A stretch of DNA of 59,714 nucleotides, filler included, from Bipalium vagum (taxonomy: Eukaryota), in assembly GCA_037834085.1 (NCBI GenBank). It is 3 parts of 3 records of this genome, joined end to end, with 100 filler letters (N's around TTAATTAATTAA, not from the genome) between each part and the next. Parts side by side here need not be neighbours in the genome. Positions count along the whole stretch, not along the records: positions 1 to 16,000 come from JBBMKC010133264.1; positions 16,101 to 41,396 come from JBBMKC010194054.1; 1 more part is not named here. The stretch is one strand, 5' to 3'. The notes under the pieces were generated by a model. That model was given only the letters and a program-made list of their open reading frames with translations. It did not search any database and had not been told where the DNA came from. The position numbers and the translations under genes were made by a program. Positions 13,101-26,975 of the stretch are shown here, in pieces. Numbering within the stretch: position 1 is the stretch's first letter; every line of letters starts with the position of its first letter.

Positions 13101-13873
13101 TATTCATTGTTTATTCTCTTCATACAGCTTGACAGTATTACTTTTTAAATTTTCCATTTTAATTTTTAATAATTATTGTACATAACGTAATTTAAAACAA
13201 ATAATAGTTTTAATTAATACAATTTAAAAATTTTAACTTACATACCATCGATACATTCAATGGAGACCGTTTTGTTATGAGATGAACAAATATTAATGTC
13301 ACTTAAAGCGTAATATTTGCATTGCTGTAAAAGGGTCTCATTTCCATAACATTTATACAATCGAAGAATATTTTTCATTGTTGTAGGAGACTCTATCTAT
13401 GATAATATGATAAACTCAAACTGTAAAACGTTATTCCAGTACAAACCGGAATGACTTTGTTACCGAATCCTAAATTCATTTCTCTACACATTACTGTTGC
13501 TTCTAAAATACCAAAATTATCTAGACAAACTCCACCAGTTATTTGTCCGACAGAAACGGCAGGTATGATTATCTTCGTGCCATTTTCCGTAATGTTGTGT
13601 TTATAGAGAATTCTAAATGAAGTCTAACGAAAATATAAGGAGAAAAAATAATATTATTATTAATCATCACCTTTGATATTTTTGATAATAATTTTTTGTC
13701 ATATTTCAGCTCTAAAGGGTTCCAATCTTCATATCTTCGTTTCATTTCTGGTTCTTTATAACAAATCGCACCGGCAACCTTTCCTTGTGAACAGTCATGG
13801 TCTGACCAATATGTACAATTGAAAATTGATTTTTCCTTGCCGGTACATGACACATCGTCCATGACATAGTCCT
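4138..13873 (-). CDS. LOXL: Lysyl oxidase-like protein (SRCR domains plus start of LOX catalytic domain), partial, spliced
   Basis: Phase-consistent GT-AG exons 13873-13671, 13623-13447, 13396-13246 (SRCR: MDDVSCTGKEKSIFNC..HDC..AGAIC; GGVCLDNFGILEATVMCRE..CYGNETLLQQC..VSIEC) and 4399-4138 (LPDLAPD...CAVEEGC...RRLLKFSS...NLGTADFRP...WEWHACH, the start of the LOX copper-binding motif). 5' exons and the LTQ-forming exons were not found. Confidence 0.88.
4631..6128 (+). mobile_element. Tc1-like element, full length, decayed transposase
   Basis: TIRs TACTCTTCCACAAAAAGTACTAC / GTAGTACTTTTTTGTGGAAGAGTA with TA flanks. ORFs 5031-5402, 5399-5614 and 5511-5699 give W..LLWTDESRF, LQHDYAKP, WPTRSLD, IEHALD. 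Confidence 0.9.
6188..6240 (+). other. tRNA-derived fragment (tRNA-Ala-like), possible SINE head or tRNA pseudogene
   Basis: GTCAGAGC...TGCATGTGAAAGGTCCTGGGTTCGAAT resembles the D-arm end, TGC anticodon arm and B-box of tRNA-Ala. No intact acceptor stem. Confidence 0.3.
7059..8280 (+). mobile_element. Highly decayed mariner remnants
   Basis: TIR-like start TTTGGTTTGGATAAAAAGTCC, N-terminal-like MCQQIQFRSVI and GRP motif, C-terminal HPPYCPDLARNDF at ~7985-8025. Boundaries are approximate. Confidence 0.5.
9918..11098 (-). mobile_element. Decayed Tc1/mariner-superfamily element (non-DD34D type, GPYFF/QQDGA/RSPDLTPLDF class)
   Basis: Minus strand gives FNDEETFH, KVYGPYFF..TVTGAVYLEML..FQQDGAPFH (ORF 10296-10478) and ARSRDLTLLDF. 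Ends are approximate. Confidence 0.75.
11104..11760 (-). mobile_element. 3' half of a mariner element
   Basis: TIR TTGGGTAGTCTAAAAAGTTTCCGCCG. ORFs 11471-11686 and 11185-11487 give [46 protein letters not shown]. Confidence 0.88.
11780..13070. mobile_element. Cluster of short mariner fragments
   Basis: Minus 11967-12149 ENVMTCNEIWIY (first catalytic-D region). Plus ~12215 YSPDL. Plus ~12925-13070 YERGILKLSKRWTKVIKQNG followed by TIR-like TTTTCCAGCAACCTAATA. Confidence 0.6.
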
Positions 13874-16000
13874 CTAAATAAGAAAATACTTTATCATTCT
13901 ATTGAGTTTTTGAAGGGATTTTAAAAATTGAAAGAGTTTTTTGGCAATGATCGAACTTAATAATGATTTTGAAGGTCAGCTTAAATAATTGTGTGTGTAT
14001 ATAGATAGTTCTTATTTCAAAATACTTTTTGTAATTTTATCTTATTTTATACTACCCAACTCATAAATCGAGTTAGGCGAGAGGTTATAATTGTGAGACA
14101 TTGTAATATTTAGTGGAGTGTCTTGAGACATTATTCGAGACTTACATGTTGTTATGTTACTGCATTTTAATTGAATGCAGGATTTAGATTTAAGAATTAT
14201 TTGTTATAAAAAGTTATTAATTAGCGAGCACAACTAAAAGATGTGAAGTATATTATTATTATTATTATATATATAATATTATTATAATATTACTACTCTT
14301 ATTTCCAAAAAATAGTATAAAAGTAACCAAAAATAAATAGTTTAAAATCAGTAATGTCAAATAAATAGATGAGACTCTTTAAAAGTATTTTTGTGCAAAA
14401 GAGATTCTAAATAACGGTCTAAAGCAACAAATGCAAAGGAGCTATGCTGCTCAAAATATGTAAAACGAATATTTATTTGTCATAATGATTTTACCACATA
14501 ATTCTTGGATGAGGGTTACAGTCATAAATTCACATGACTGATGGGAGGATTTTAATTTTGATTATGGGGAAGGAACAAATAACTAGTCGACTCCTTAAAT
14601 ATTTTATTAAAACCTAAAGCAAAACAAGACATTCATTTATACCAGCTTGGGTCAGACCACTTATGTTTATCATTTAATTCATTTTAGTAGTATTAAGACC
14701 TTAATAATACTGATAATCAGGAATAAAAGTAACATTCTAAAGGAGTGTCATAATTTTGAATCTACTTCTTTCTAAAATTTTTGTAGCAGTTAACTGTTGT
14801 ATCACGGTTTACGCTGTTCTTGAATTTATCATATGATTACTCTGGTTTGGCCACGATTAGTTCGTTGAAGTCACGCATTGTTAAAGTAAATGACTTTTAG
14901 TAGATTTGAAACCAGTGGAGATTATAACTTTATGTAATGGTATAACAAGGAAGACAGTGTTTCTCCTAATCTTTAGTTCAAGATTGATTTTACAATAATT
15001 CTTGGATTTCTGTTTTATATCTCGACATCTTGAATTTATTAAGGAGTTTAAAGAAACCCGTTGACTATTATTTTTATATCAATCAAAAAATTTTGATTAA
15101 AATTGGTAATATAAATCAAGCTACACTAATCCAACTGCTTTTTTCTTCTTACATGGTTAGATTCAATAATAACCACATGAATAAATCAAATAATATTCAA
15201 CAATACTAAGGTTTATTATGCTTTAAACAAATATCAGTGACAGTGCACATAAGACCAACAATCAATTATAATAAATAAAGACCTCCCTAAATCACCACTT
15301 CTAGTTCTGCAATTATAATATTTACCGCTCTCCGTTCGCACGTCTTGATCAACTCTTGATAATACGAAGCTGATAAGATATTAATAATGTAACGGTAATG
15401 AAAAATAGCAACGATTTAATCTGGTAAATGACATACCATTTTGATTTAATTCAAATGATTCAGTCATAAATTTTTTAATTGTCCGGTCTTTGAACTCCTT
15501 TTATGTTCGACAGTGATCAATCAGTCTCTCTTTTGAGGTCTTGTTAAGAATATAATAAAAAATTAATTGGTGTAGTAACTGCCCTTCGAAGCATTATTAT
15601 CAAAAGACAATTATTCTATTAGATATTAATAATTAAAAACCAGATAAAGTCCATTCGGGAAAATTTATCAAGGTAAATTAGTTGTCAAGAAAATTCTTCA
15701 TTTGAATTATTTTATTATTATTCTTATTGCAATTATTAACATGTAAAATCCCAACAAAATAATGGATTCACCCTTTTATTAAAAAGAACTATTTCCTGTT
15801 TTATCTTTTACCTGCTTACTTATTTTTTGATAATAATGAAACCAATAATAATATAATTTCTCATTTTTTAATTTTTATAATAATATTATAGGTAATTATT
15901 ATCACATTGCAATTACAGGAAACATAACGGGTGATGCATAAAAAAGTGCACAGAGTTTAAAGTACTTAAAAACATAAAGTTAAAAAGCTTATTCCAAATA

Positions 16001-16100
16001 NNNNNNNNNNNNNNNNNNNNNNNNNNNNNNNNNNNNNNNNNNNNTTAATTAATTAANNNNNNNNNNNNNNNNNNNNNNNNNNNNNNNNNNNNNNNNNNNN
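16001..16100. other. Artificial contig spacer (44N-TTAATTAATTAA-44N)
   Basis: Exactly 100 bp. The central palindrome gives stops in all six frames. An identical spacer lies at 41397-41496. Confidence 0.95.
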
Positions 16101-16234
16101 TTATTTACTTTAATTTTAAAATTTAGTAGAGAAAATATTGTACTCAATTACACTTATATTTTTTTGATTATAAAAAAATTATAATCAATTTTTACATTTA
16201 TTGTATTTTGTAAATTTTGTTATATATACACCTT

Positions 16235-16832
16235 ATCAACTGTGCGGCACCCACTCTCAGTAATGGTCTGGGGATGTTTTTCCGGAAAGGCAACAGGAAA
16301 TTTATACTGCCTACCAAAAAACTTGACAATGAACGCTAACAGTTATCTACAAGTTCTTCGGCAACATCTTCTGCCATCAATGCAACGCCTTGGATGTAGT
16401 CTTTTTCAACACAATGGCGCTCCATGTCATAAACCAAAGGTAGTGTCAAAATGGCTGGCAAGTGAGGATATTGAGGTACTCTCTTGACCATCACAAAGCC
16501 CAGATCTCAATCCAATTGAGAATTTCTGGATGAAAATCAAACGCAAAGGTTCAATCGAAAAGCCATCAACACTAACCTATTTGACGGAGGTTATTCAGCA
16601 AGTCTGGAAAGGCGAAAACTTTCTTGAAAATTGTCGTTCTTTGTCTGATAGCATGCCTAGCAGGATCCAAGAAGTTCTGAAAAATCAGGGACATCATTCA
16701 AAATATTGATCTGTGCTTGTTTTGTACATATCTTTGTTTGTATATATAAAAAATGAAAAAATTGAATAGAAATATATTAATATCTTATTTTTTGCCTTTC
16801 AATAAAATATGCTAAACTTTTGGCGGCAACTG
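16235..16832 (+). mobile_element. 3' half of a Tc1-like element
   Basis: RHPLSVMVWGCFS..FQHNGAPCH..(W>*)PSQSPDLNPIENFW..SMPSRIQEVLKNQGHHSKY*, ending in Tc1-type terminus CTAAACTTTTGGCGGCAACTG+TA. Confidence 0.9.
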
Positions 16833-16835
16833 TAT

Positions 16836-16945
16836 AATCATATATTTATCATATATATTAATCATATATTTTATCATATATTTATCATATATATTAATCA
16901 TATATTTTATCATATATTTATCATATATATTAATCATATATTTTA
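16836..16945. repeat. ~36-bp AT-rich tandem repeat, about 3 copies
   Basis: Unit ATCATATATTTATCATATATATTAATCATATATTTT, read as HIFIIYINHIFY x3 in ORF 16809-16997. Confidence 0.85.
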
Positions 16946-17014
16946 TATTTATTATTTATATAATTATAATCATATAATTATCATGGAAAAAAATTAAAAG
17001 AACTCATTTTGTAG

Positions 17015-20000
17015 ATTGTGAATCTGATGGATATTGATCTGTTGAGACTACAACAAAAATGGAAAGATATATTGAATGAAATTCGACAAATTCTATTTCA
17101 AATAGAAAATCAGGTTCTTTTGAAATGTTTTTCCTAATTATTATTGTTGGAATCAATTTATTAGAAACATTTACCGGAAAACACTCTGCCCTGGAAAAAG
17201 CATCTAGATCATCAATTGTATAAAGCTTTGGAACACCAGTACCATTTTGGCCTGGAGGGGTTGAATGAAAATTTGCCGGAAATTAGGGCGGATCTTGTTT
17301 ACAGACACGGACGATTGCAATTTAATCCGGCTTTTGAAGAAGTACTCAAAATAAATATAAACGACATATGAACAAATTGATTTTTATTTTCCGATTTTCT
17401 CTTTCAGATAAAATCGAAATATTTCAAAGAAATGAAGAAATTTATCAACCTACCCAACCAGTTCAAGGGTCTCACTGACAGTGTGGCAAACCCGTCAAAC
17501 AATCAACTGATTTTTCCTTGTGTCATCGAAAGAAACGTAACGGGATTTGTTGTTTGCTATCAGAAAGCAGAATTTCTGTTTCAAAGATTATCGAATTGCT
17601 TGAACAAATTCCAGGAATGGGTCGTTTTGGGTTCGTTGGATTTGGAAGAGTTCGTTGACCAGCATTGCTTAGAACTCGTGGACTATGAGAAAAATTTCAA
17701 GGTAATATCTATTTCGGATTTGAATTGATTAATTTAATGTTCTATGAAATTATTATTGGTTTATCTTTTTATTTTATGTTTAAATTTTTGGTACTTGATA
17801 AGAATTAAATGCCTATGGTGATTCCTTTGATTATATAGAAAGATCTAAAAATAACTTCAATAACAGAAAAAACAAAGATTTATTAAAAATTTAAAACGAT
17901 AACATCGCAAGTTAATATAAAGTATCATTTCAAATATAATGGATGTAATAGTCTAAACATAGAGGAGTCACAAACTCAACTCAGAAAACATATTAGTGAA
18001 CATTCGGAATTAACCAGAACCATTAGATTTTAGACTATTCAAGGCATCATCATTTTAAAATGTTTTCTTGCTGAAGAACTTGTCAAAATTTTCAAAGAAA
18101 TAATTAGAGGCGAGAGGTATAGTGAGTAGGCTGGGTGAGGCAAAAATTCTATATATCATGCTGGTTTAATTTTTTACGGTAGATTGCGCGACATTATAGC
18201 AAAATACATTACAAAAAATGAGAGAAATAATGTTCTGAAAACCTACTTTGTAGTGAAAGAGAACGATTGAGGACAATGATTTAGACTCCCGGTCTTTATT
18301 GCTTTTAACGTTATTCCTAATTAAAGATTTTATTCAACAATAGTAATTTTTTAAGTGCCAATTAATGAGATCACTTGTTATCATTTTGGAAAATATTATT
18401 TATTTTCATATTCAATTTAAATGTCAAAAATGGAAATAAATGATTTGATTGTTTATAAAACGGATAAATTGTTTCACGTCTAATCAATTTTATCATTTTT
18501 ATAAAAATTGTTTAAATGATCAGTGAGATAAATGTTATGCTGAAAATTAACCTTTAGTGATGACAACAGATTATCATTGCAGAATTTTAAAGAAGGGCAA
18601 AGAAATAATGATTTTTTGAAAAAGAATATCTATATTCCAAGGGATTCAATTAAATGCACTATGGCAATATTATTTTATAATCTGTGTTTGATCACGAACA
18701 ATAAATGTGGGTGATTTATGAGTATCAGTAGGAAAGAAAAAACTGTTCGTTATCTGATTATCGTTCGTTAATGATTATCTCGATGTTTTTCATTGTCGTT
18801 TGAAATCATTGGAAATAAAGACTTGAAAATAAAATTTATTCTTCATTTAAAAATTTTTTTTGACATTACCGTTTTTGTAATATTTAAACAATGTTTGATT
18901 AACTTAGTTATTTTAAACTTTAACTACGAATATTAATACAAATTTTAATATTATATTTAAAATTTTAATAAATTCATTTTAAAAATCTTAGGATAAATTA
19001 TTGTGAATTAGGGATTAATATCTCACCACAACGTAGACTGTATTATTGTAAGTCGCATAGAATCGAAATTGTATTTCACCGTCATTGACAAATTATTTTT
19101 TCGATTTTTCTTCTTTACTATTCTTTTCAATTGAATAAAGATGCTTATTTATAATCATTATTATTTATTGTTTGTTAAATTCTATACCAATAATAAAAAT
19201 GTTTCTAAAAAAATTACCAATTCACATAATTGATCTGAACATCTAGGCGATGAAAACAAAGGGGAAAGAAGCAGAAAAGTTACCAAATGAAATAAAGATT
19301 GATTGCATTAGTATAAATTGTGTCCCGGTTAAAATGACCATTGACACTTTGATACAAAATATTTTTGACGCTCTTCTCAATTCTTTGAGAAAAAATATAA
19401 AAGGAACGTGTGACAGTGTCGATGCCAGCTTATCAAGTGAATATTTTAATTTGTTTCTTGCCAAAACTGATATTCTTATGATAAAAAGATTCCATAAAAT
19501 TACTGGGCAAAAGACCACAGACAATGGAGGAAATAACAGAAGCAACTCAGAACCATGGGGAATTTAATAAAGACAGACCACGCTTGAAAGGTCAGATCAA
19601 TAAAGCAGAAAAAATGAATCAATTACTACGAACTGTGGCTGGTGGAGGAATCGATTCAGTAAATCAATGTCAACAGAAATGGGATAAGTTTGAATTAATG
19701 ATGGAAAGTTTTCAAATGATGATGCAAGAACAAATTCAAGTAAAAAATTAATTCTATAGATTGTTTCATTTTCTACTTTTTTGTTTCAAGGTTATGAAAA
19801 CTAACCTCATAACCAGACAAAAACAATTTCAACAGGAATTGGAAAAGTTTAATGACCGTTGGCAAGGACTGAAACCAGGTCGTGATCTTTTGGATTCTGG
19901 AACTACACAAGCCTGTCTGGAAGCTGTTCAGAGAATCAAAGATAAAAAGCTGGAATTTCAAGAACTGGAAGAAACAAAGTTGAATATCGAGTATTGATTT

Positions 20001-23000
20001 CCTTGTGTTTGCAAATACCTGTAATCAGTTCCGATCTTCAGAACAAATTGTCAACACTTTCAATTAGAGCCGTTAGAGTTTACATTGATTGATATCATCA
20101 AAGCAGACCTGGCCGAAAACGAACTTATGTGGAGTCAGTTTGAACAATACCAAAGTGGTCTGGAGAATTTGGCAAAAGAAGATTGGCTGTCCTTCAGGTG
20201 ATTGTAAATCTAAATATTTATTATTGATTTTATTAATCTTTTTCATTATTTTATTGATTTAGTACCATTTATAATCTTAGTACCTTTTGACTCTATTGTC
20301 CTTTGTGAACGGAATAAATAATCTTTATACATGAAATAAAATGTACAGTATTGATTATATTAATGATAAATTATTTATTTTACACCGCATTAATTTTATT
20401 TTAATTAATACTTATAAGGCTTAAATAAATATATAATATAATAAATAAATATAATAAATAATAAAAATAAATAAATAATAAAAAAAAAAAATAATAATAA
20501 ATATAGTAATATTAGGATAACACCTTTTCGATTGACCATTGCCGGCTCGGTTTTCTGCAACTTAACGTTGACAGTATCAATTACTGCATAGTATGTGTCT
20601 GCTTTAATTGTCTGACAGGGTGGTAAATAATTTACGTGAACAATGCCTTTATAATTCCACCATACCGTAATTAAGATATTAGTGGGATGTAGATCTTTTT
20701 TGGAATATATTCCTGTAGAGCTGCGAAAGTTGTCATGCAAGGCCCATTTCTCATCATAAATAATTATTTGTTTCCAAAAAGGCGCACGTATCTGACGTTG
20801 TAGCAGAATTGAATAGATATTGAATCGTGTTATTTCGTTTGCTGGTTTAAGTTGGTGAGGAACCATTGATCTAGTTTTTTTTAGTAATCAATCTCATGAA
20901 GCCGTTTTCGTACAGTCGACTTACCATACTCTAACTGCTCTGCAATTTCAACACAAGTCTGGTGAGGCCTACTTTCGATTAGTTTAATTAAGTGTGTTTT
21001 CTGGAACAAAATTGTTGGTGCTCTTCTAGGAATGTCTTCGAGGTTCATTGCCCTCACAAAATCATTGAACTATCTTTGAGCGTCTCAAATGTTAATGGTA
21101 CTTTTTCCAAACCCTAAATTAATTCATTTGACGGAATTTGTGACATTCAGACAAACTTTGAAGTCGCAAAGAATGCAGATACGAATTTTAATATTTGACC
21201 TTGGCATAATCTTTGCTAAAAAATTAAAAAATAAATATGATATAATTAACAATTTTGAATGAAATCATTTTAAAACATGCCAATCAATAAACAAAGATTA
21301 TTTAAACGACATTTTATTTATAATAGAAAATAGTCATAATTAAAGTCAATTAAAAAACGACATGAAGTATTCCGGTACCTAATATTTCAGTCAAGTTAAT
21401 GAAGAGTATATCGTATAAAATGACATTAAAACTGGTTTGGAACCTATATGTCACTCACATCCAGGACAATTTGTGTTGATATGGAATATTAATCAAGACA
21501 ACTCTATGAGATTGACGAAAATCATGTCGGTTGCCTGGAGGAAGAATTATGAGACCTAACATAGTTAAGCAATTAAGACATCGTCAAAGTATCAAGCTGA
21601 ACCTCGTCAGAATTTTCTCTTTCACTTCCTTTTTTCTTTGGTAGTTTTCATTGAGCGTAATATTTCAGATCTCGCTATTACATGTTTGAAGAATTCTTGA
21701 AATTGTGGATAGAAAAACTACGTCAAGAGAAAATCACGGGTATGACTGTGAGATTGCAAAAAGAAATCGAACTCTATGAGGTAAGTATATTAACTTGACT
21801 TGATCCCCATTTTTCGTTCACTGGATATTTATTGTAGAATATAATACCTTCATTAAAATGGATTCGAGGTGAAGGATTGTCACAGGATCATTGGTTGGAG
21901 TTATTTCGTTTGGTCAATATGCCTCGTGGATTGACTCTAGAAAAATTGACTTTTCGTCATATTCTCGATGTAGCTCAGGAAATTGTGAGACATGCCGAAG
22001 CTATAAAGGAATTGAATCAAAAGGCCCAAGGAGAAGTGACGATTCGCGAAGCTATTCGAGAACTGGAATTGTGGGGAGCAGGATCTGTGTTTCAGTTGGC
22101 AGAATATACAGACAGTCAGAACAATACTATTAATCTGATTAAGGAATGGAGAGAGGTTATTAGTCAAGTCGGTGACAATCAATGTCTGTTACAATCTCTC
22201 AAAGATTCTCCATATTATCGATTTTTCCAAGACAAAGCGGCAATCTGGGAAACAAAATTGGCTGATTTAGACGAATATCTACAAAATTTGAACCAAATAC
22301 AAAGAAAGTGGGTTTATCTGGAACCAATATTCGGCAGAAATGCCTTACCGAAAGAGAAAGCACGTTTCAAAAGAGTCGATGAAGATTTTCGCTCGATAAT
22401 GGCCGATATCAACAGAAATAATAGAGTTTTATCGCTGTGTTCTATGACCGGGCTGAAAAACCTACTCGTGACTATCATTGATCAATTACAAAGATGTCAA
22501 AAAGCTTTGAATGAATATCTGGAAGAAAAGCGATCTCTGTTTCCCAGGTTTTATTTTATCGGTGATGATGATTTGCTGGAAATATTAGGCCAATCCACCA
22601 ATCCACTCGTTATCAAGTCACATTTGAAAAACCTGTTTCAAGGCATTTACAATGTTGAGTTTAACGGTGATAACCAACACATTACAACCATAAAGTCATT
22701 GGACGGTGAAGCTGTTACGTTGAGAAATCAGGTTCTTATCATCCCAGAAGTGGAGACTTGGCTGGGCAATTTAATCAATGAAATGAGAATAACATTAGCC
22801 GACCAACTCAATTATGCTCTGCAAGACTCAAGAATGTCCTCAAAATCCAATTTCGGAATGAACCCTGACAAATATCCATCTCAAATTCTTTGTCTATGTG
22901 AAATGATTTGCTTTACTTCCCAATGTGAAGAAGCTCTCGGTAACGGAAATCTGAACACTTTGAAAAAGGAATTAGCTATGAAACTTACTTCTTACACTGA

Positions 23001-26000
23001 TACGAAAATGTCACTCAGTGCCGACTCATCTTTGAATGTTCTGGATCTGAAACTGAAAGCCTTAATACTGGATACCGTTTACAATATTGACGTTGTTGAC
23101 CAGTTGATCAGAGACAGCTGCCAAACCGTATCGGAATGGGGATGGCAGAAGCAGTTACGATTTTATCAGAATTCTAAGGACAAGGTCAATTATTAGTTTT
23201 CTTCATGTCAATTTTCATTTGTATTGTCAACGTTCACGAACATGTCCGTAAAGAATTTTACAATGAATTTATATTTTCCTTATCCACCATTATTATTTTA
23301 TAAAATAGGTGGCAATTAGATAACATTTCTAAGATAATCTTTAAAATTTAAAATTAACTACCAAGTGATAATCGACTATTATTATTATAATCCTTATTAT
23401 AGTTATAATCATTATTGATAATATTATCTCCTATAATTATTGCTATTGCATTTTGTTCATTATTTTTGTTATTATGGGTCTTTGAAAGGGATTCTCAGTT
23501 ATTTTTGCAAAATATTTACTAATTATATTTGATGAATCCCATTCAACGTCTCAATCTTTAGTCGTGTTCAAATGATTTAATTTTTTTTTTCTGAGTTCGT
23601 TTTCCTTGAATATTTAATGTAAAATAAATCTTTGATTCTTTCATCATTCTAGTTATCTTCTCCAAATAATTTCTAATCAATATTGCCATATATTTTTTCT
23701 ATTCTTACATTTAATAAAGTCTAAAGTTATCCGTAAATGTTTGATCTGAAGTTAATGTTTGTTCACTCTGCTCATGGCATCTTACATGATACGATGTCCT
23801 ACAATATATTTCTTTTTTTCAGGCATGTGTCATTCGAATGGTGGATGCTCAATTCAACTACACCTATGAATACCAAGGCAATGCCCCAAAGCTTGTCCAC
23901 ACACCATTAACTGATAAATGTTACCTTACATTGACTCAAGGCATGCATATGGGTCTTGGTGGAAATCCTTACGGTCCCGCTGGTACAGGTAAAACGGAAT
24001 CAGTAAAAGCCCTTGGAGCACTGCTTGGACGACAGGTGCTGGTGTTCAATTGTGACGAAGGCATTGATGTCAAATCCATGGGCAGAATTTTCATCGGTCT
24101 CGTCAAATGTGGATCTTGGGGTTGCTTCGACGAGTTTAACAGACTGGAAGAAGCGGTATTGTCGGCAGTTTCCATGCAAATACAGGTTGATAAAATACCT
24201 TTCGTCCCGAATAAAACTTTGTTTCGAAATATGATAGATTATTCAAGATGGAATCAAGAATCGAGCATCGGAAATTGTTCTTCTTGATCGCAAAGTGAAT
24301 GTCGATTGCAACTCTGCTATCTTCATCACATTGAATCCGGCTGGAAAAGGTTATGGAGGTCGTCAAAAATTGCCAGACAATTTAAAACAACTCTTTCGAC
24401 CCGTTGCCATGAGTCGACCGGATAACGATTTGATAGCTGAAGTTATTCTCAGTTCCGATGGCTTCAAGAATGCCAAGGAATTGGGGCGGAAATTAGTCGC
24501 GGTGTTCAATCTATCGAAGTAAAGTTAATCAATGATTGTCAAAGAAAATTTTGTTATATTTTTCTTAACTTATCGACCTTCTACTTTCGCACTAAAAATA
24601 CGCTTTTATCAAACGGTTGTTGTTATTCTAGATTTATCATTTTTGGATTATGGTTGGGAATATTTTTATTATTGTGTCTGAGATTTCGGATTTTTAAGCC
24701 TTTATTGATGTTTTCATTAATTTTGGAGTGACAATTAAGTTTAAAAGTTGTTCTCCTTTCACCTCAAATGGTTCTTAGTTGACCATTGTGGTTTTCATTC
24801 ATAAAAACTGTGTTTTTGTTATCTTCTAGTAGAACCATAACTCCTGGCCATCATATTGGAATGATTCAAATACATAAGAGGTTTTTGAGTACAATAATTT
24901 TGAATCTGCCTTATACAAATTTGTTTATGGAAAATATTTTGATCCATTTTCACGGCCTTTATGTTTTAGCTTTAAGTTTTTAACAATTTTCTATACTTTG
25001 ATGTACAATTTTCTATTTTTTAATATTAGAAATTAATTTTATAATTATTACTAATATTTCTATATATTTTTATTATTACTTTTATTTTAATTTCTTTTAT
25101 TAATATTTCATTATTATTATATTAAAGGTTATAATTATTTATTATGATTATATATTATTTTTATTATGTGATTATAACTAAATCATTTTTTTAATTATTA
25201 TTTTAAATTATTACTTTTAAATATTTTTTATTGTTTTCTATTTGAATATCGACCAATACTATGTTTATAAATAAGTAATAAAATATTATATTATATATAA
25301 TATTATAACATAAAATTGACAAGATACACAATATAATAATTAATTTTTATCATCAAATGATTAAATACTTTAAAAGATATTATTATTGTTGATAAATTAG
25401 GGAACTGTTAACTCCACAACAACATTATGATTGGGGCCTACGAGCACTGAAAACTGTATTGAAGGGTTCAGCAAATTTGTTGGAGATGCACAAATTGAAA
25501 AAGAAAAATATTGAAAACAATGGTGATGAACCAACAATGAATGATAAGTCAGATCTGGAAACAAAACTTGTTGTCCAGGCCCTTCGCGTAAACACTTTGT
25601 CAAAATTAACTTTTGAAGACAGCATATGTTTCGAGGGACTGGTCAAAGATGTTTTTCCAAATATCGAAATCCGAGAAATTGAATACGATCAATTAATTTT
25701 GGCCTTGGAAGAAGTTATCAAGGAACAAAACCTGGTTTCTTTGAAACACCAAAGGAAGAAAATTTTAGAAGTTTATGAGCAATTACGACAGCGAATGGGA
25801 GTGGTGATTGTCGGACCATCAGGAAGTGGAAAATCGACAATTTGGAAATTATTGCGATTAACGTTGAACAAAATCGGTCAAATTGTCAAGTTCTATGTCA
25901 TGAATCCTAAAGCTATGCCGCGTAATCAATTGCTGGGTCACATTGATATTGACACCAGAGAATGGTCTGATGGTGTTCTGACGTACAGCGCTCGACAAGT

Positions 26001-26934
26001 AGTAAAAGAGCCACAGGGTAAACTTCTCCCTTTTGATTTCATATTGACTGATGATATATCCTCTCGTTATCAACAACAGATGTGCAATCTTGGATTATTT
26101 GTGATGGAGATATCGATCCAGAATGGATTGAATCGTTGAACTCGGTCCTCGATGACAATCGATTATTGACAATGCCCAGTGGAGAAAGAATCCAGTTTGG
26201 ACCCAATGTTAACTTTATTTTTGAAACTCACGATCTGAGTTGTGCCAGTCCAGCGACAATTTCCCGTATGGGCATGATATTTCTAAGTTCTGAAACAACA
26301 GACGTTCAATCTCTCGTTTCGTCATGGTTACAGAAGCAAGAGGAACATGATCAAAACATTTTATCGATTTATCTTAATGATTACTTCTATAAGGCTCTGG
26401 AATGGGTTTTCAAAAGAGTTAGAATTTTCTTTTCTCTTTTCCTCTTCATCTCCCATAAAATATTGATTTTGATTTTCAGAACGATTTCATTGTGGCCACG
26501 AGCTTGATTGGTACGGTGTTCAATGGATTGTCCAATTTTAAAAATGTGAAAAACAAATCCCAATTCACAGTTTGTCTGTTAAAAGGACTAGGCGGAAATC
26601 TCAATGAAGGCAGTAGAGAATCATTTGGATTGTGGTTGTACGACCTGACAGAAGAGAAACCGTCTGACATGAATAAACAAAACGTGCTCAATTATTATTT
26701 CAATGAACAGCAAAATCGTCTGGTGCAATACTCATATGAATTGGATCACGAATTGACTATAGATCAATTAATGAATGATAAGAAAATAATGCAACCATTG
26801 ATTTTATCTGCTGATGTCCAAAGAAATCTCGATTATTTTAAAATCTGGCTCAATTCTGACACTCAACAGCCTTTCATTTTGTCTGGGCCAGAAGGTTGTG
26901 GCAAAAGGTTTGTGCTATTATTATTAATTAATTA

Positions 26935-26975
<41 letters not shown>

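Noticed and set aside
14000-15900. Possible upstream LOXL exons or retroelement
   Set aside because: No SRCR motifs or clear pol motifs found, too decayed to call.
16045-16056. TTAATTAATTAA palindrome as a biological site
   Set aside because: Centred in a symmetric N spacer and repeated identically, so an assembly artefact.
16836-16945. Repeats as a CRISPR-like array (also 48661-48720)
   Set aside because: Tandem units without unique spacers, eukaryotic context, no cas genes.
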